DNA of 64,000 nucleotides. Origin: a virus. The stretch covers positions 32,001 through 96,000 of IMG/VR virus record IMGVR_UViG_3300002026_000015, one strand, 5' to 3'. Every line of letters begins with the position of its first letter. The first letter of the stretch is position 1. Below the pieces are notes generated by a model. The model was given only the letters and a program-made list of their open reading frames with translations, was not told the origin of the DNA and ran no database searches. A program made the position numbers and the translations under genes. Below are positions 32,370 to 42,353 of this stretch, in pieces.

Positions 32370-32509
32370 AAGTCTTGGCGAAGAATCGAAGATGTCTGAT
32401 GCGACCATATGTAAATATGAGCACACTTTCAGATTGGGAGCATTGATTGCACAACTCTAACGAGTTAACGTAGGCCCACGACGAGTCTAGGTGGATATTT
32501 TATAGACAA
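32370..32509 (+). ncRNA. candidate structured RNA (unclassified)
   Basis: GC-elevated non-coding stretch with nested stems and a 3' pseudoknot (taggc/gtcta with ccac/gtgg), ending at the terminator 32510-32541. Confidence 0.35.
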
Positions 32510-32541
32510 TAAGTATAAGGGGAGAAATCCCCTTATACTTA
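32510..32541. terminator. bidirectional terminator, GGGAGAAATCCC family
   Basis: taagtataaggggagaaatccccttatactta followed by a T-run. Confidence 0.8.
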
Positions 32542-32548
32542 TATTTTT

Positions 32549-33763
32549 TTACATGCAATCCACTGCATAGAGTGCAATGTATATGTGAAGTGTCTTTTTT
32601 AAGTTTGACAAGAGTCCAGCGTGGTTAGTTTTACGATAACTGTCGCTATACTTATCCATGATTTGGTGAAGTACATCTTTTATAGCCAGAATTGTCTCAT
32701 CGGAAGTATTTGAAACTTTGTAGATTTCAATCATACTATTTATAAACTTAACAGACTTGATAGTTTTCCCACCAGACTGATAAAAATAACTAAGCATCTT
32801 TATAAGGAGAGATTCAACAAGTGGTTCACGATTCTCAAGTATGAGATTAATCGTGAGAGTCATCTTAGAATAAGATACTTCGGTTTGTTGACAAACCCCT
32901 CGTAGTATTTTAGGGTTAGCACAAGTATCTGATACGAACGATAAATATATTTTTCGACTATTTACAGCAATCAGTGTACTAACATTTTCAACATCATTCA
33001 AATACATTTCACCATCTTCAGCTTCAGACTGTAATGAGTCTGTAGTCTGTTTGATACCTTTCTTATGGTTATCATAATACTTATTGGAGATAAGTCTCAT
33101 CATAAGTTTAATACGACCATAAAGGTTTGAAATGTAGTATATGATATTATCATCAATTGGATCTTCGAGAATGTCTCGGAAGTTTTCATAATGCGATTCA
33201 GCAATGTAAACTATCGTGTTAAACATAGTTTTATACTTTTTCACATTAAATCTATTACTACCGAGTCGTTCAATCGTAGCATCCATAGTTTCTTTATTCG
33301 GAATAAAGTTTGGAAAGAACGCGCCGAATGCAGCTTTATAAATACGAAGAGCAAGATACAGTGTAAGTATTTTTGCAACTTCACCTTTTCCAACCATAGT
33401 CTTTTTCTTATAATGATAACTTATAAGATTAGACATGAGTATATAAAATGGGTTTGAATATGTGATAAAGTTCTTTCCGATTATTTTACAATCTTTAATA
33501 GCTTTTTCAATTTCGTGAACCTTAACTCCGGATTCTTTAATAAACGCATCTTCATGAACCTTAGTAAACACGATACGTTTTTCAGGACCAGATGTAGACA
33601 TAGCTGCAGACATCTCTTGTATATGTGGGCCTATGTGTTTTATGATACCTGGAGTATGGCGTTCGATATCAACTTCATTCCCTTTTATGATCATATTAAG
33701 AAGGGTGTATTCTTTAGATAACCCCTTTCTTTCAACTTCATTTCTAGTAGTTTTAGCAGCCAT
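32549..33763 (-). CDS. hypothetical protein (late)
   Basis: ~404 aa from ATG 33763 (RBS gagagg); late promoter AACATATTAGTG at 33801-33790. Confidence 0.7.
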   Translation of the reverse strand: MAAKTTRNEVERKGLSKEYTLLNMIIKGNEVDIERHTPGIIKHIGPHIQEMSAAMSTSGPEKRIVFTKVHEDAFIKESGVKVHEIEKAIKDCKIIGKNFITYSNPFYILMSNLISYHYKKKTMVGKGEVAKILTLYLALRIYKAAFGAFFPNFIPNKETMDATIERLGSNRFNVKKYKTMFNTIVYIAESHYENFRDILEDPIDDNIIYYISNLYGRIKLMMRLISNKYYDNHKKGIKQTTDSLQSEAEDGEMYLNDVENVSTLIAVNSRKIYLSFVSDTCANPKILRGVCQQTEVSYSKMTLTINLILENREPLVESLLIKMLSYFYQSGGKTIKSVKFINSMIEIYKVSNTSDETILAIKDVLHQIMDKYSDSYRKTNHAGLLSNLKKTLHIYIALYAVDCM

Positions 33764-33867
33764 TGGAACCTCTCTAATAATTTTAATCACACTAATATGT
33801 TTCATCGTAAGGAAACATAATAATGGTAATAATTATGTTTAACTTGTTCTCTCAGGAGTAAAATGAA

Positions 33868-34905
33868 ATGTTTGAACGTATTAAAGGTGTATTTAACAAC
33901 ATCTTTAGCACATCGATACTATTTTTTATCGGTTTAGTTACAATCGGGCTGCTAGTTTTTGTTGCATTTATGACTAAAGATCGACTAACAAATGATAGTG
34001 TCGTTAGGTCTAAAGTTCACAAATTGATGCTTAAAGAGTCATCATGGGATTATGTAACATCATTGCTATTGCAAGAGTATTCTCAAAAGGAAAGAGAAAA
34101 TACAATTGCATCGGCATCGATCGTTAGAGAAGTTGATGAAGTTTTTAAGAACGATAGCGCCAAGCTTGTAGAAGATTTCGATAAAGCAGTATTAGGGGAA
34201 ACCTCAATTATTTCTAATCTGATAAGAACTCAAATTGACCCATATGGGGACAAAATTGTTTTCTTCAGACATGGGAGTAAATTATATCCTCTAGATGATG
34301 TAACTAAAGGTACAGAAATTAGCATTTATAAGGGAAATGATCATAAAGAGTATAGCGATATTGCAAAGGCTATTCTCAAAAACACTTCCCCGACTTTTGA
34401 ATCGTTTGAACAATATATTTACGATTATTATGGCAAAGATACTCGAGAATTGGATATCGATTCTCTTAAACAACGGTTTCTAGATGGAACGTATGAAGTA
34501 AATGATCTTAGCGGAATATTACTTTGTGCAACTTATATAAACTGGAAACGTGGTTTACTTGGGGATAAAGTTGAATTATATGATGGTAGAGTTAATCCAG
34601 ATGTTAGACAGCTTATAGTTTTAACCAAAATCGATATCGTTAAAACTCTAAGTTCAAATCCTACAGTCATAAAACATCTAGGAAACTTTAACAGAAACTC
34701 TAAGATAGTCGATTCTACGTTTGACGCATATGATTCGTATCATATAATTATACTTTTAATAAGTTCTTTCTTGATTTTCTTAATAGGAATTACTATATTA
34801 GTACAATATGATTTGAATAGCATTCGTAAAGCGAATAAACGACGACGTGTTAACGATAGAACGTTCGGCGGAAACCACATTGAAGTTACAGACGACATAC
34901 ATTAA
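33868..34905 (+). CDS. membrane protein with two TM helices flanking a large extracytoplasmic domain
   Basis: Hydrophobic segments at residues ~15-35 and ~293-313; late promoter at 33814-33825. Confidence 0.7.
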   Translation: MFERIKGVFNNIFSTSILFFIGLVTIGLLVFVAFMTKDRLTNDSVVRSKVHKLMLKESSWDYVTSLLLQEYSQKERENTIASASIVREVDEVFKNDSAKLVEDFDKAVLGETSIISNLIRTQIDPYGDKIVFFRHGSKLYPLDDVTKGTEISIYKGNDHKEYSDIAKAILKNTSPTFESFEQYIYDYYGKDTRELDIDSLKQRFLDGTYEVNDLSGILLCATYINWKRGLLGDKVELYDGRVNPDVRQLIVLTKIDIVKTLSSNPTVIKHLGNFNRNSKIVDSTFDAYDSYHIIILLISSFLIFLIGITILVQYDLNSIRKANKRRRVNDRTFGGNHIEVTDDIH

Positions 34906-34941
34906 TTACGAAAGCGACATAGACGCGGAAGGGGGGATTGT

Positions 34942-35478
34942 GTGGGTGATGATATTACAACTCTTAATACTACCATTGGCACCGTTCTTTTTGGTCGAAT
35001 TGATGTCGCACTTTTATCTGACATTTTTCTGGTAACTATTAGCGTATTTTTATGGATGTTAATTAGAGAATTTGCTTCAAATAAATTCAATGTAGATACT
35101 TATACAAAGAATTTGATGAAGCTTAAAAATTACAAAAATTATTTCTTTGTAAAATTAGCTTTATTTATCGTGTGTCTGTTTCTTGGGATTATCTTAACAA
35201 TGGCAACGTTGTCGTTTATTCTCTTTTGGATAAAGAACGGATGGATAAAATTCCTAGTAGGAGGATTTTGGGGAATATTGAGTCCTTCTATACTAGCTTC
35301 ATTTGTCGGTATTGAAGTTAAAGGAGATACCGTTCCAAATCTTCTAACCAAGCTAGCTGCTAGTTGGCTGGGTAAAAAAGGAATTAAAGTTGACGATAAA
35401 ACGACCATTGTTGATGCTGGGAGTGGTGGACCTGAAATCGATACTACTGGTGGTGATGATATAAATCCTACTAGTTAG
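34942..35478 (+). CDS. multi-pass membrane protein, holin candidate
   Basis: Three hydrophobic segments and a charged C-terminal tail; late operon; GTG start. Confidence 0.45.
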   Translation: MGDDITTLNTTIGTVLFGRIDVALLSDIFLVTISVFLWMLIREFASNKFNVDTYTKNLMKLKNYKNYFFVKLALFIVCLFLGIILTMATLSFILFWIKNGWIKFLVGGFWGILSPSILASFVGIEVKGDTVPNLLTKLAASWLGKKGIKVDDKTTIVDAGSGGPEIDTTGGDDINPTS

Positions 35479-35581
35479 ATATAGGTGAGACAATTATAAA
35501 TATAGTTGGAGGATGGGGATATCCCCATCTTTCGCTATATTTATAAAACCCTCTAAACACTATATTGGGAGGGTTCAAGAT

Positions 35582-36679
35582 ATGTCAATAATTAGCTATA
35601 CGACAATTTCAGATATACATATATTAGCTTTAGATCCTCAATATCAATGGGAAAACCTTTTAGATAACTTTTTCAAACCTATAGAAAAACTAAGACCTGA
35701 TATAATTTTTGTAAATGGTGACGTTGTAGATGAAAGAGTTAATGTCAACTCTGCAGCAGCGTCAGTTTTCCATAGATTTGTAGATAAGTTAATCGATACC
35801 GGAGCAACTATTGTAATAGTTGAAGGTACAAAATCACACGACGATAATCAAATAAATGTATTCTCTCACAGAATTTCTGAGAAATTTAGAATATATAGTA
35901 AGGTTGCAGTTGATGAGATTTACGGGATGAAGATATTGTTTATCCCAGAAGAATATATGGCAGATCCTGAGGAATATTACGCTAAATATCTGAACATCGA
36001 TTTCAAATATGACCATGTTATGGGACATGGAATGTTTGACCATCTAGCGTACACAGGAAAAAAGAAACAAGTTTTCAGGAAACTGACTTCACCTATATGG
36101 AACTATGAGAAGCATTTCAAGAATATAACTCACGGAACTGTTAACTTTGGACATATTCACACTCCTTGTAGTAAGGATAGATATGATTCAAATGGTAGTT
36201 TTGGAAGATATAATCATGGCGAAGAAGAAGATAAAGGTTTTAGATTCTACAAATACGACACTGTTGCCAAAACTATTCTTAAACGAGAATTTATTGTCAA
36301 CACTGGCGCTAAAGTTTTCAAAACAATTATCGAAAAAGATCTTCCATTAGATAGAGATAGACTAATGGAATCTTTACAGAAGTATGCGGATGAATCATTT
36401 AAACTTCGTATACGTATTGATCGTGATATAGATTCTCAAAGATTAAGCGATATTGTCGGATTCTCAAAAAGTAATCTTAAAACTACTATCGACAAACCAT
36501 ATGCTAGAAAACTTCATAAGGAATTAAAAGCTGAAGAAGGATTATCTGGTGCGGAGCATGTCGAGAATAAGTATGAGAAAATGGATTTTGTAGAAGCGAC
36601 AATGGAGTTTATACTTGAAAATCATGGAGTTAAAGTGGAACGTGATCACATATTAAAAGTGGTGGCGGGGAATGACTAA
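35582..36679 (+). CDS. sbcD: SbcD/Mre11-like metallophosphoesterase nuclease
   Basis: SDIH, NGDVVD, GTKSHD, GHG, GHIH, GSF..GEEEDKGF. Confidence 0.85.
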   Translation: MSIISYTTISDIHILALDPQYQWENLLDNFFKPIEKLRPDIIFVNGDVVDERVNVNSAAASVFHRFVDKLIDTGATIVIVEGTKSHDDNQINVFSHRISEKFRIYSKVAVDEIYGMKILFIPEEYMADPEEYYAKYLNIDFKYDHVMGHGMFDHLAYTGKKKQVFRKLTSPIWNYEKHFKNITHGTVNFGHIHTPCSKDRYDSNGSFGRYNHGEEEDKGFRFYKYDTVAKTILKREFIVNTGAKVFKTIIEKDLPLDRDRLMESLQKYADESFKLRIRIDRDIDSQRLSDIVGFSKSNLKTTIDKPYARKLHKELKAEEGLSGAEHVENKYEKMDFVEATMEFILENHGVKVERDHILKVVAGND

Positions 36680-36923
36680 ACATGAAATCGACTTATTAGA
36701 CAAGTATTCGGTTAGAAGATTTATAGAAATAGATGATGTACTTATAGTACAACATCTTGAGAAAATGAAACTTATATTCATTGACAGAATGTATAGTAAT
36801 TTAATCAGTTCTATAGTATTCGAGTATGCTGAAACAACTGAAGACGGTAAGAAACTTCTTGAAAAGTATAAACCAGTCAACAACCCAAAGAAGAGTTTAT
36901 TTTCAAGAATATTTAAACGATAG
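36672..36923 (+). CDS. hypothetical protein
   Basis: 83 aa overlapping the sbcD stop. Confidence 0.55.
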   Translation: MTKHEIDLLDKYSVRRFIEIDDVLIVQHLEKMKLIFIDRMYSNLISSIVFEYAETTEDGKKLLEKYKPVNNPKKSLFSRIFKR

Positions 36924-36988
36924 TTAGAATTATATATAGTATGATGAGAACGTACTATATAACAATCTTTTCATAAAAGGAGCAACCT

Positions 36989-37507
36989 ATGAAGAAGAGT
37001 ATTACGCCTCTTGATCCCGTAGATCTGGGTGGGATTACACCTCGAGCTGACGAACTAGTTACAAAAGAGGTACTTGGGTATCTTAACAGTATCAATATTA
37101 ATCACAACCTTCTTTCGGATAACGATCCTATGAAAGATGAGTATACTAAGTTCCTTAACGATCTTGGTAATGCTCCAGTTATGATTACGAATGAAGATCT
37201 TGATATGGGCGATGCTGATGGATATTTCGATGATATCGACTTCTCGAACTCTGCAGTTGTATCTCTCGAATCTCTCGGTCTTGATTTCACAATCGATTCG
37301 TATATCGGAAATCCTTTGTGGGCAAATGGTCTGTTCGGTTCAACGATTATGCCACCGGCATATATCCCGCCAATGCAACTTTCTGAAGGTGCTAAAGTTT
37401 CAACAATTAAGATACTTGGCGAAAAGTGTCAGTTTGTTGAACACGATTTCATATATCAACCACAGATTCTCTCCAAAATGGTTGATCTTGCATTCGTGAA
37501 AAAATAG
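36989..37507 (+). CDS. hypothetical acidic protein
   Basis: 172 aa, RBS aaggag, VSLE/S site; promoter motif at 36931-36946. Confidence 0.65.
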   Translation: MKKSITPLDPVDLGGITPRADELVTKEVLGYLNSININHNLLSDNDPMKDEYTKFLNDLGNAPVMITNEDLDMGDADGYFDDIDFSNSAVVSLESLGLDFTIDSYIGNPLWANGLFGSTIMPPAYIPPMQLSEGAKVSTIKILGEKCQFVEHDFIYQPQILSKMVDLAFVKK

Positions 37508-37608
37508 TACCGATGATATATGTGGGGGTAATTCCCCACATATAAATCTTTTTTATTTACAAGTAATTATAAAGTGTGGGATCTCTCCCACACTTTACTA
37601 TATTTAAA

Positions 37609-38163
37609 TTAGTTAGGATGAGCTTTCTTTGCATCGTCCCATGTCCCACCTTCACGTAGAACAGACACTCTGCGTCTAAGTTTATCATGTCCACGTCTAG
37701 AAGCCTTAGCAGGACAAACTCCAAGATTTTTAACCAACGCAACTACAGTATTTATAACATCGCCACATTCGTCTTCAGTATGATCCTTCTCATTCTTTTC
37801 ATGAGCTTCGATAGCTTCATCAATCTCTTCATAAACTTTCTCTTTAAAGAAAGATATAAGAGATTTTCTATCTTTTTTACCATCTGGAGTCTTATTGATA
37901 AAGTCTGCATTGTCATCTCTCCACTGGGAGATATGATCTAATGAAACTTTATTCTCCTGTAGTTGGGATTGATTGTCACGGTGCTCTTTCAATTCCTCAA
38001 GCCAATTTATCATAGATGTCAATTCGCCATCAGAAAAACTGATATCTTCGTTTTTAGATTTAGCATCGAAGATACGATTAATACAATTATTCAAACTCAT
38101 TCTCGTACTATCCTCAGATTCTAAACCAAAAATGGCAAATATTTCATTTTCTAAACTATTCAT
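37609..38163 (-). CDS. mazG: MazG-like nucleotide pyrophosphohydrolase with N-terminal extension
   Basis: KVYEEIDEAIEA..HTEDECGDVI..A......K..RR all-alpha NTP-PPase motif; C-terminal W..AK. Confidence 0.75.
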   Translation of the reverse strand: MNSLENEIFAIFGLESEDSTRMSLNNCINRIFDAKSKNEDISFSDGELTSMINWLEELKEHRDNQSQLQENKVSLDHISQWRDDNADFINKTPDGKKDRKSLISFFKEKVYEEIDEAIEAHEKNEKDHTEDECGDVINTVVALVKNLGVCPAKASRRGHDKLRRRVSVLREGGTWDDAKKAHPN

Positions 38164-38816
38164 TATAATCCAGCCGCAATAGTGGTTATTTTCTCACTAA
38201 GGATATCAACGTTATCTTGAATATCCACAATCTTAAGCGAAAGTTCATCAGAAACAAGTTTCTCAATAGTTGGTATGAACGTTCCAAATGATTGGAATCC
38301 TCGAAGAACTTTATAGCATTCATCAAGAGTAGTTCTCATTTTATCAACTTCAATTGCTTGATCTCCCGAAATCGCAATAAATTCTGCAACAGAGTTATAT
38401 TTATCACGGAGATACGTTTCAACGTCCGATAAAATATTTAAAATTGGCATTGTATCGCCAGTAGAAGATGGTTTAACTTTTATATTGAACTTAAAAGTAT
38501 ATGTCTCTTCAAGATAATTTGTACGAGTTGCATCAATTATGTCAGACCATACAACAAAATAATTATCACCCAAAACGATTTGAAGTGTAACCGGGTCTAC
38601 TGAGACTTCGCGACATTTGAAATATGAATTGTTTTTAAGATAAGTATCATCATCTTTTCCAAGAACTTTTTCATTGAATGCAATAGATCTTACATCAAAT
38701 CCGTCAGAAATACACTCATCATAACTGATAATTCCGGTTACGATACATGTAGAATTTATAACACTACCACCAATGGTGGAAAGAATGTATTTACTATTAA
38801 GGGTAAGGTTATACAA
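38163..38816 (-). CDS. hypothetical protein (late)
   Basis: 217 aa, TTG start after aggagg, late promoter at 38857-38846, coupled to mazG. Confidence 0.65.
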   Translation of the reverse strand: MYNLTLNSKYILSTIGGSVINSTCIVTGIISYDECISDGFDVRSIAFNEKVLGKDDDTYLKNNSYFKCREVSVDPVTLQIVLGDNYFVVWSDIIDATRTNYLEETYTFKFNIKVKPSSTGDTMPILNILSDVETYLRDKYNSVAEFIAISGDQAIEVDKMRTTLDECYKVLRGFQSFGTFIPTIEKLVSDELSLKIVDIQDNVDILSEKITTIAAGL

Positions 38817-38898
38817 AATATCCTCCTAAATTACTAATTTGTCATCAATATGATGTTATTGTACGAAAAACATCATATTAGATAAGAGAGGGAAAACT

Positions 38899-39696
38899 AT
38901 GAAAATATGTTTAGCCAAAAAAGATGTTACAACTTACAAGTTAAAACTTAAAAAGATGTTGACATGCGTTTCTAAATTTGGAAAGAGTAAAAATAATGAT
39001 GATTTAATGTATCTATATCATTATATCAGTAAGAGTGATGGTTCTGTCCATCCGGTATTTTTCATAGATCAAGAAGTAAATCCTTGGGGAGAAGAATTCT
39101 ATCCTGCAAAACTTGCAATGACAGGTACAGATTTTCCAAAAGATATTGAGTTATTTTCAAGTAAATCTAAAGAAAATCTTGAAAAATATCATATCTCAAA
39201 ATCTATGAATATAAACATTGCTCTATTTAGAAAGGAAACTATTGACAAATTGTCTGAAGTTTCCTATGATTCGGAGACATTTGAATTTGGTTTCCCATGT
39301 ATAATGCAATCTAATACAGATTCGTTCTATGTAGATATCTTAAAAGAATCTAAATCTGTTACAGAGATCTTAAAATATGTTTCTCAAATGAAAGTCATAT
39401 CTGATGAGAACGTATTAAGATCTATGCATGAAGGTCTTATAAGTGAAACTACATTTGATTTAAAGAGTGAACACGGTACAATATTGAAAATTCTTTATTC
39501 AATATGCCCTCTCAAATTAAATAGATTTGAGTATTGTCGAAGAATCGATGTTAGCGAACGAGAGATGACTAGCACAGTATACTGTAGACAGTTCGTTGAC
39601 ATGATCGTTATACACAATTTCTATAAATATATTGATATCTGGAGTCTTGAAGGAGATATAAATGATAGAATCCGTGGTGAAAACGCTGTATCTTAA
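38899..39696 (+). CDS. hypothetical protein overlapping the DNA polymerase gene; paralog of 25993..26787
   Basis: 265 aa; promoter AACATCATATTA at 38869-38880. Confidence 0.65.
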   Translation: MKICLAKKDVTTYKLKLKKMLTCVSKFGKSKNNDDLMYLYHYISKSDGSVHPVFFIDQEVNPWGEEFYPAKLAMTGTDFPKDIELFSSKSKENLEKYHISKSMNINIALFRKETIDKLSEVSYDSETFEFGFPCIMQSNTDSFYVDILKESKSVTEILKYVSQMKVISDENVLRSMHEGLISETTFDLKSEHGTILKILYSICPLKLNRFEYCRRIDVSEREMTSTVYCRQFVDMIVIHNFYKYIDIWSLEGDINDRIRGENAVS

Positions 39697-41440
39697 TGCA
39701 GACATTAAACGTGATCCTAGAACTGGTAGAATTGAAAAATCTAGACCAGATGCATTATTCTACGTTGTAGCAGATTCCAATGGTGGTCGAAATATACATA
39801 TAAAGAATGAACCTGAATATGTATTCTTCAAAGCTAAAGAAGACTTGGGATATCACCGTTTATCTTGTCCTGTAGATATGCTTGAACCTGTAAAAGTTAA
39901 GTACTCAGTTCGTCATAATGAAATGGCAAAAGTTCTTGGAATTATTGATGAGTATCGTCAGGCTAAAGAAGATTGGAGAACTAAAAGTGATTTCGTGAAT
40001 AAACGAATTTACGGCAGTTCTCAATTGTATCATGCTGATATGCATGTTGAAGATGTATTTAAACTGAACTTCAATGAAAAACATGGAGATCATTCGGCAG
40101 ATATATCTTACAGACCGAGCTTTATGGATATCGAGGTTCGAGCAGACCTTGACGACTTCGACCAACATAAAGCATTGGTTCCAATTTGTTCAATATGTCA
40201 CCTTGATAGTGCTACAAAGACTATCTACGTAAATGTATTGAACGATAAAGATGTACCCGAAATCGTGGAGTTGTTTGGCAATCTGCAAGACTTTGTTAAA
40301 GAGATGAGAGAATTCTTTACGAAGATAATGTTAGAAGCTATCGAATCTATTGTTGAAGATGGGGGGAAAGCTTCAAATATTGACGATTTCAAATATAAGT
40401 TTCAATTCAGATTAGTAGAAACAGAAGCTGATCTTATCGAAACTTATGCAAACGTTCTTAAAGAAACTAAACCCGATTTCTGTGGTTGTTGGGGTATTAA
40501 CTTCGATATGATAACCATTTCAAAACGTGCTGCAAAGAATGGTTTGAATATGGCGGATTTATTTAGCGATCCATCAGTTCCTCCGGAGTATCGATATTTC
40601 CAATATGTTGAAGATCCTGATAGATTTAACCGTAAGGCTGCTACACATTTCTCGAGATATATGGATAAAATCTTTTCAACTTCTCCAACTCAATTCTATT
40701 GTCAGATGAGTCTCCATTCTAATCTTAGAAAGAGATTCCTTGAAGACAATTATAAATTGAATACTATTGGCGAGAAATATGCATACATTAAGAAATATGA
40801 CCTTGAATCTGAAGGTTATACGATTAAAGATGTATATAAGAAGAATTTCCGAGTATTCCTCAAATATGCTATTATGGACGTTGTTGTTCAGGATCAAATT
40901 GAAAGAGCTAACAAGGACATTCCTCGTTACATGGTATCATGTAAAGACTCAAGATTTACACATGGTACTAGAAAGACTGTAGGTATCAAAAACGAACTTG
41001 CAACATTCTTAAAAGAACGTGGCGAGATTATTGGTAACAATAAAGGATATGATATCGATGAATCTGTTCCTGGTGCTATTATCGCAAGTCCTAATTTAAT
41101 TATCAAGAAAGGGATTAACTTGATGGGGATCTTGACACACATATATCGAAGTTGTGTGGATTTTGACCTTACAGCAGAGTATCCTTCTCTCATGATTGCG
41201 TATAACATTCTCAAAACTACGATATTTGGACGAATAGTCGATATCTTTTTCGAGAGGGACATAGGTAATGGGAATACTTTAAATATACCAATATCTCAAG
41301 GTGGAGACTTTAATAAAATGATGGAAACCCTTGATACATCGATATTTGATATAGGTCAGAAGTATTTCGGATTACCATCAGTTGATCAGGTATTATCGCA
41401 TATTGAAAATGGTTGTATTAACACTAAAGAAACGGTTTAA
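39662..41440 (+). CDS. family B DNA polymerase, N-terminal part (3'-5' exonuclease plus motif A) of a split enzyme
   Basis: ExoI MDIEV, ExoII WGINFDM, YKLN, ExoIII YAIMD, PGA, motif A DFDLTAEYPS; motifs B and C absent. Confidence 0.85.
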   Translation: MIESVVKTLYLNADIKRDPRTGRIEKSRPDALFYVVADSNGGRNIHIKNEPEYVFFKAKEDLGYHRLSCPVDMLEPVKVKYSVRHNEMAKVLGIIDEYRQAKEDWRTKSDFVNKRIYGSSQLYHADMHVEDVFKLNFNEKHGDHSADISYRPSFMDIEVRADLDDFDQHKALVPICSICHLDSATKTIYVNVLNDKDVPEIVELFGNLQDFVKEMREFFTKIMLEAIESIVEDGGKASNIDDFKYKFQFRLVETEADLIETYANVLKETKPDFCGCWGINFDMITISKRAAKNGLNMADLFSDPSVPPEYRYFQYVEDPDRFNRKAATHFSRYMDKIFSTSPTQFYCQMSLHSNLRKRFLEDNYKLNTIGEKYAYIKKYDLESEGYTIKDVYKKNFRVFLKYAIMDVVVQDQIERANKDIPRYMVSCKDSRFTHGTRKTVGIKNELATFLKERGEIIGNNKGYDIDESVPGAIIASPNLIIKKGINLMGILTHIYRSCVDFDLTAEYPSLMIAYNILKTTIFGRIVDIFFERDIGNGNTLNIPISQGGDFNKMMETLDTSIFDIGQKYFGLPSVDQVLSHIENGCINTKETV

Positions 41441-41442
41441 TT

Positions 41443-41871
41443 ATGTCTATTACAGTTAGAGATGGCATTAAATTTGCTACAACAATTGCAGAACTAAGTT
41501 CTTCAACTTATCTCCCTGGATCTTCAAATCAGTTCGTTGGACAGAATACTGATGTGATTCCTACAAACTTCTGGATCGATGCAGAAGATAGTGAATTTGT
41601 TATTAGTTTTCAACCTCTCGATCTTGGCGAAATTTGGTACATTCCTATTCCAGATAATTATCGTAGAATGTCTGTAATTAACGGGGTTTACAGAACCAAA
41701 TCTCTCGATGATCTTTCCGATTTTATCGAAACATTTGAAGAGACTTGCGCAGATATAAGAAAGCAAAACGATGATGCGAAACTCATATTTGATGGAATTG
41801 TAAGTCGTAAAGTTCAATTGAACGGGAATACAGGTTCTATCGTTGGACCTTGTTCAATTCCTCAAGCATAA
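41443..41871 (+). CDS. hypothetical protein
   Basis: 142-aa ORF immediately after the polymerase. Confidence 0.6.
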   Translation: MSITVRDGIKFATTIAELSSSTYLPGSSNQFVGQNTDVIPTNFWIDAEDSEFVISFQPLDLGEIWYIPIPDNYRRMSVINGVYRTKSLDDLSDFIETFEETCADIRKQNDDAKLIFDGIVSRKVQLNGNTGSIVGPCSIPQA

Positions 41872-41888
41872 CTTGTTAGGAGATTAAA

Positions 41889-42353
41889 TTGTTTAAATTT
41901 ATAAGAAGATTTTTTCAGAAGAGAAAGTTTGAAATATTAGACAGATCGTTTAAAGATTCAATACTTGGTCTGAAACGAATTCTCCTATTAATTGAAGAGT
42001 CTAATCCTAAAAGAGAATTGTCTCTTGAAGAAGTTCAATTATTGGATATGATAATAGCTAAGCACCATGAGGATCTAGGTAAAACGCTAGATTCTCTTGG
42101 GTATGGAGATTTGAAGATTCAGAAGTATACTTATAGTTTCTTTGAGATTCAGAAGACGCAAGGATATGTAAATCACAATGATAGACATAAATTTGTGAAA
42201 GATACTCTTAAAAAGATTATAACTCTGCATGATACGTATGGTGGTTCTGTAAATGAAGATGGCATTCATAAGAAATTTCAGATGATCTTTGATGGTTTTA
42301 CAGTGGTCAATTACGAAATAACCAAATCTCCAAGTGTTGCAAATCTTCAATAA
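41889..42353 (+). CDS. hypothetical protein
   Basis: 154 aa, TTG start after aggag; terminator at ~42358-42385. Confidence 0.6.
   Translation: MFKFIRRFFQKRKFEILDRSFKDSILGLKRILLLIEESNPKRELSLEEVQLLDMIIAKHHEDLGKTLDSLGYGDLKIQKYTYSFFEIQKTQGYVNHNDRHKFVKDTLKKIITLHDTYGGSVNEDGIHKKFQMIFDGFTVVNYEITKSPSVANLQ

Noticed and set aside
32396-32432. ctgatg.. as a hammerhead ribozyme core
   Set aside because: No CUGAUGA/GAAA pair flanking stem II and no suitable cleavage triplet
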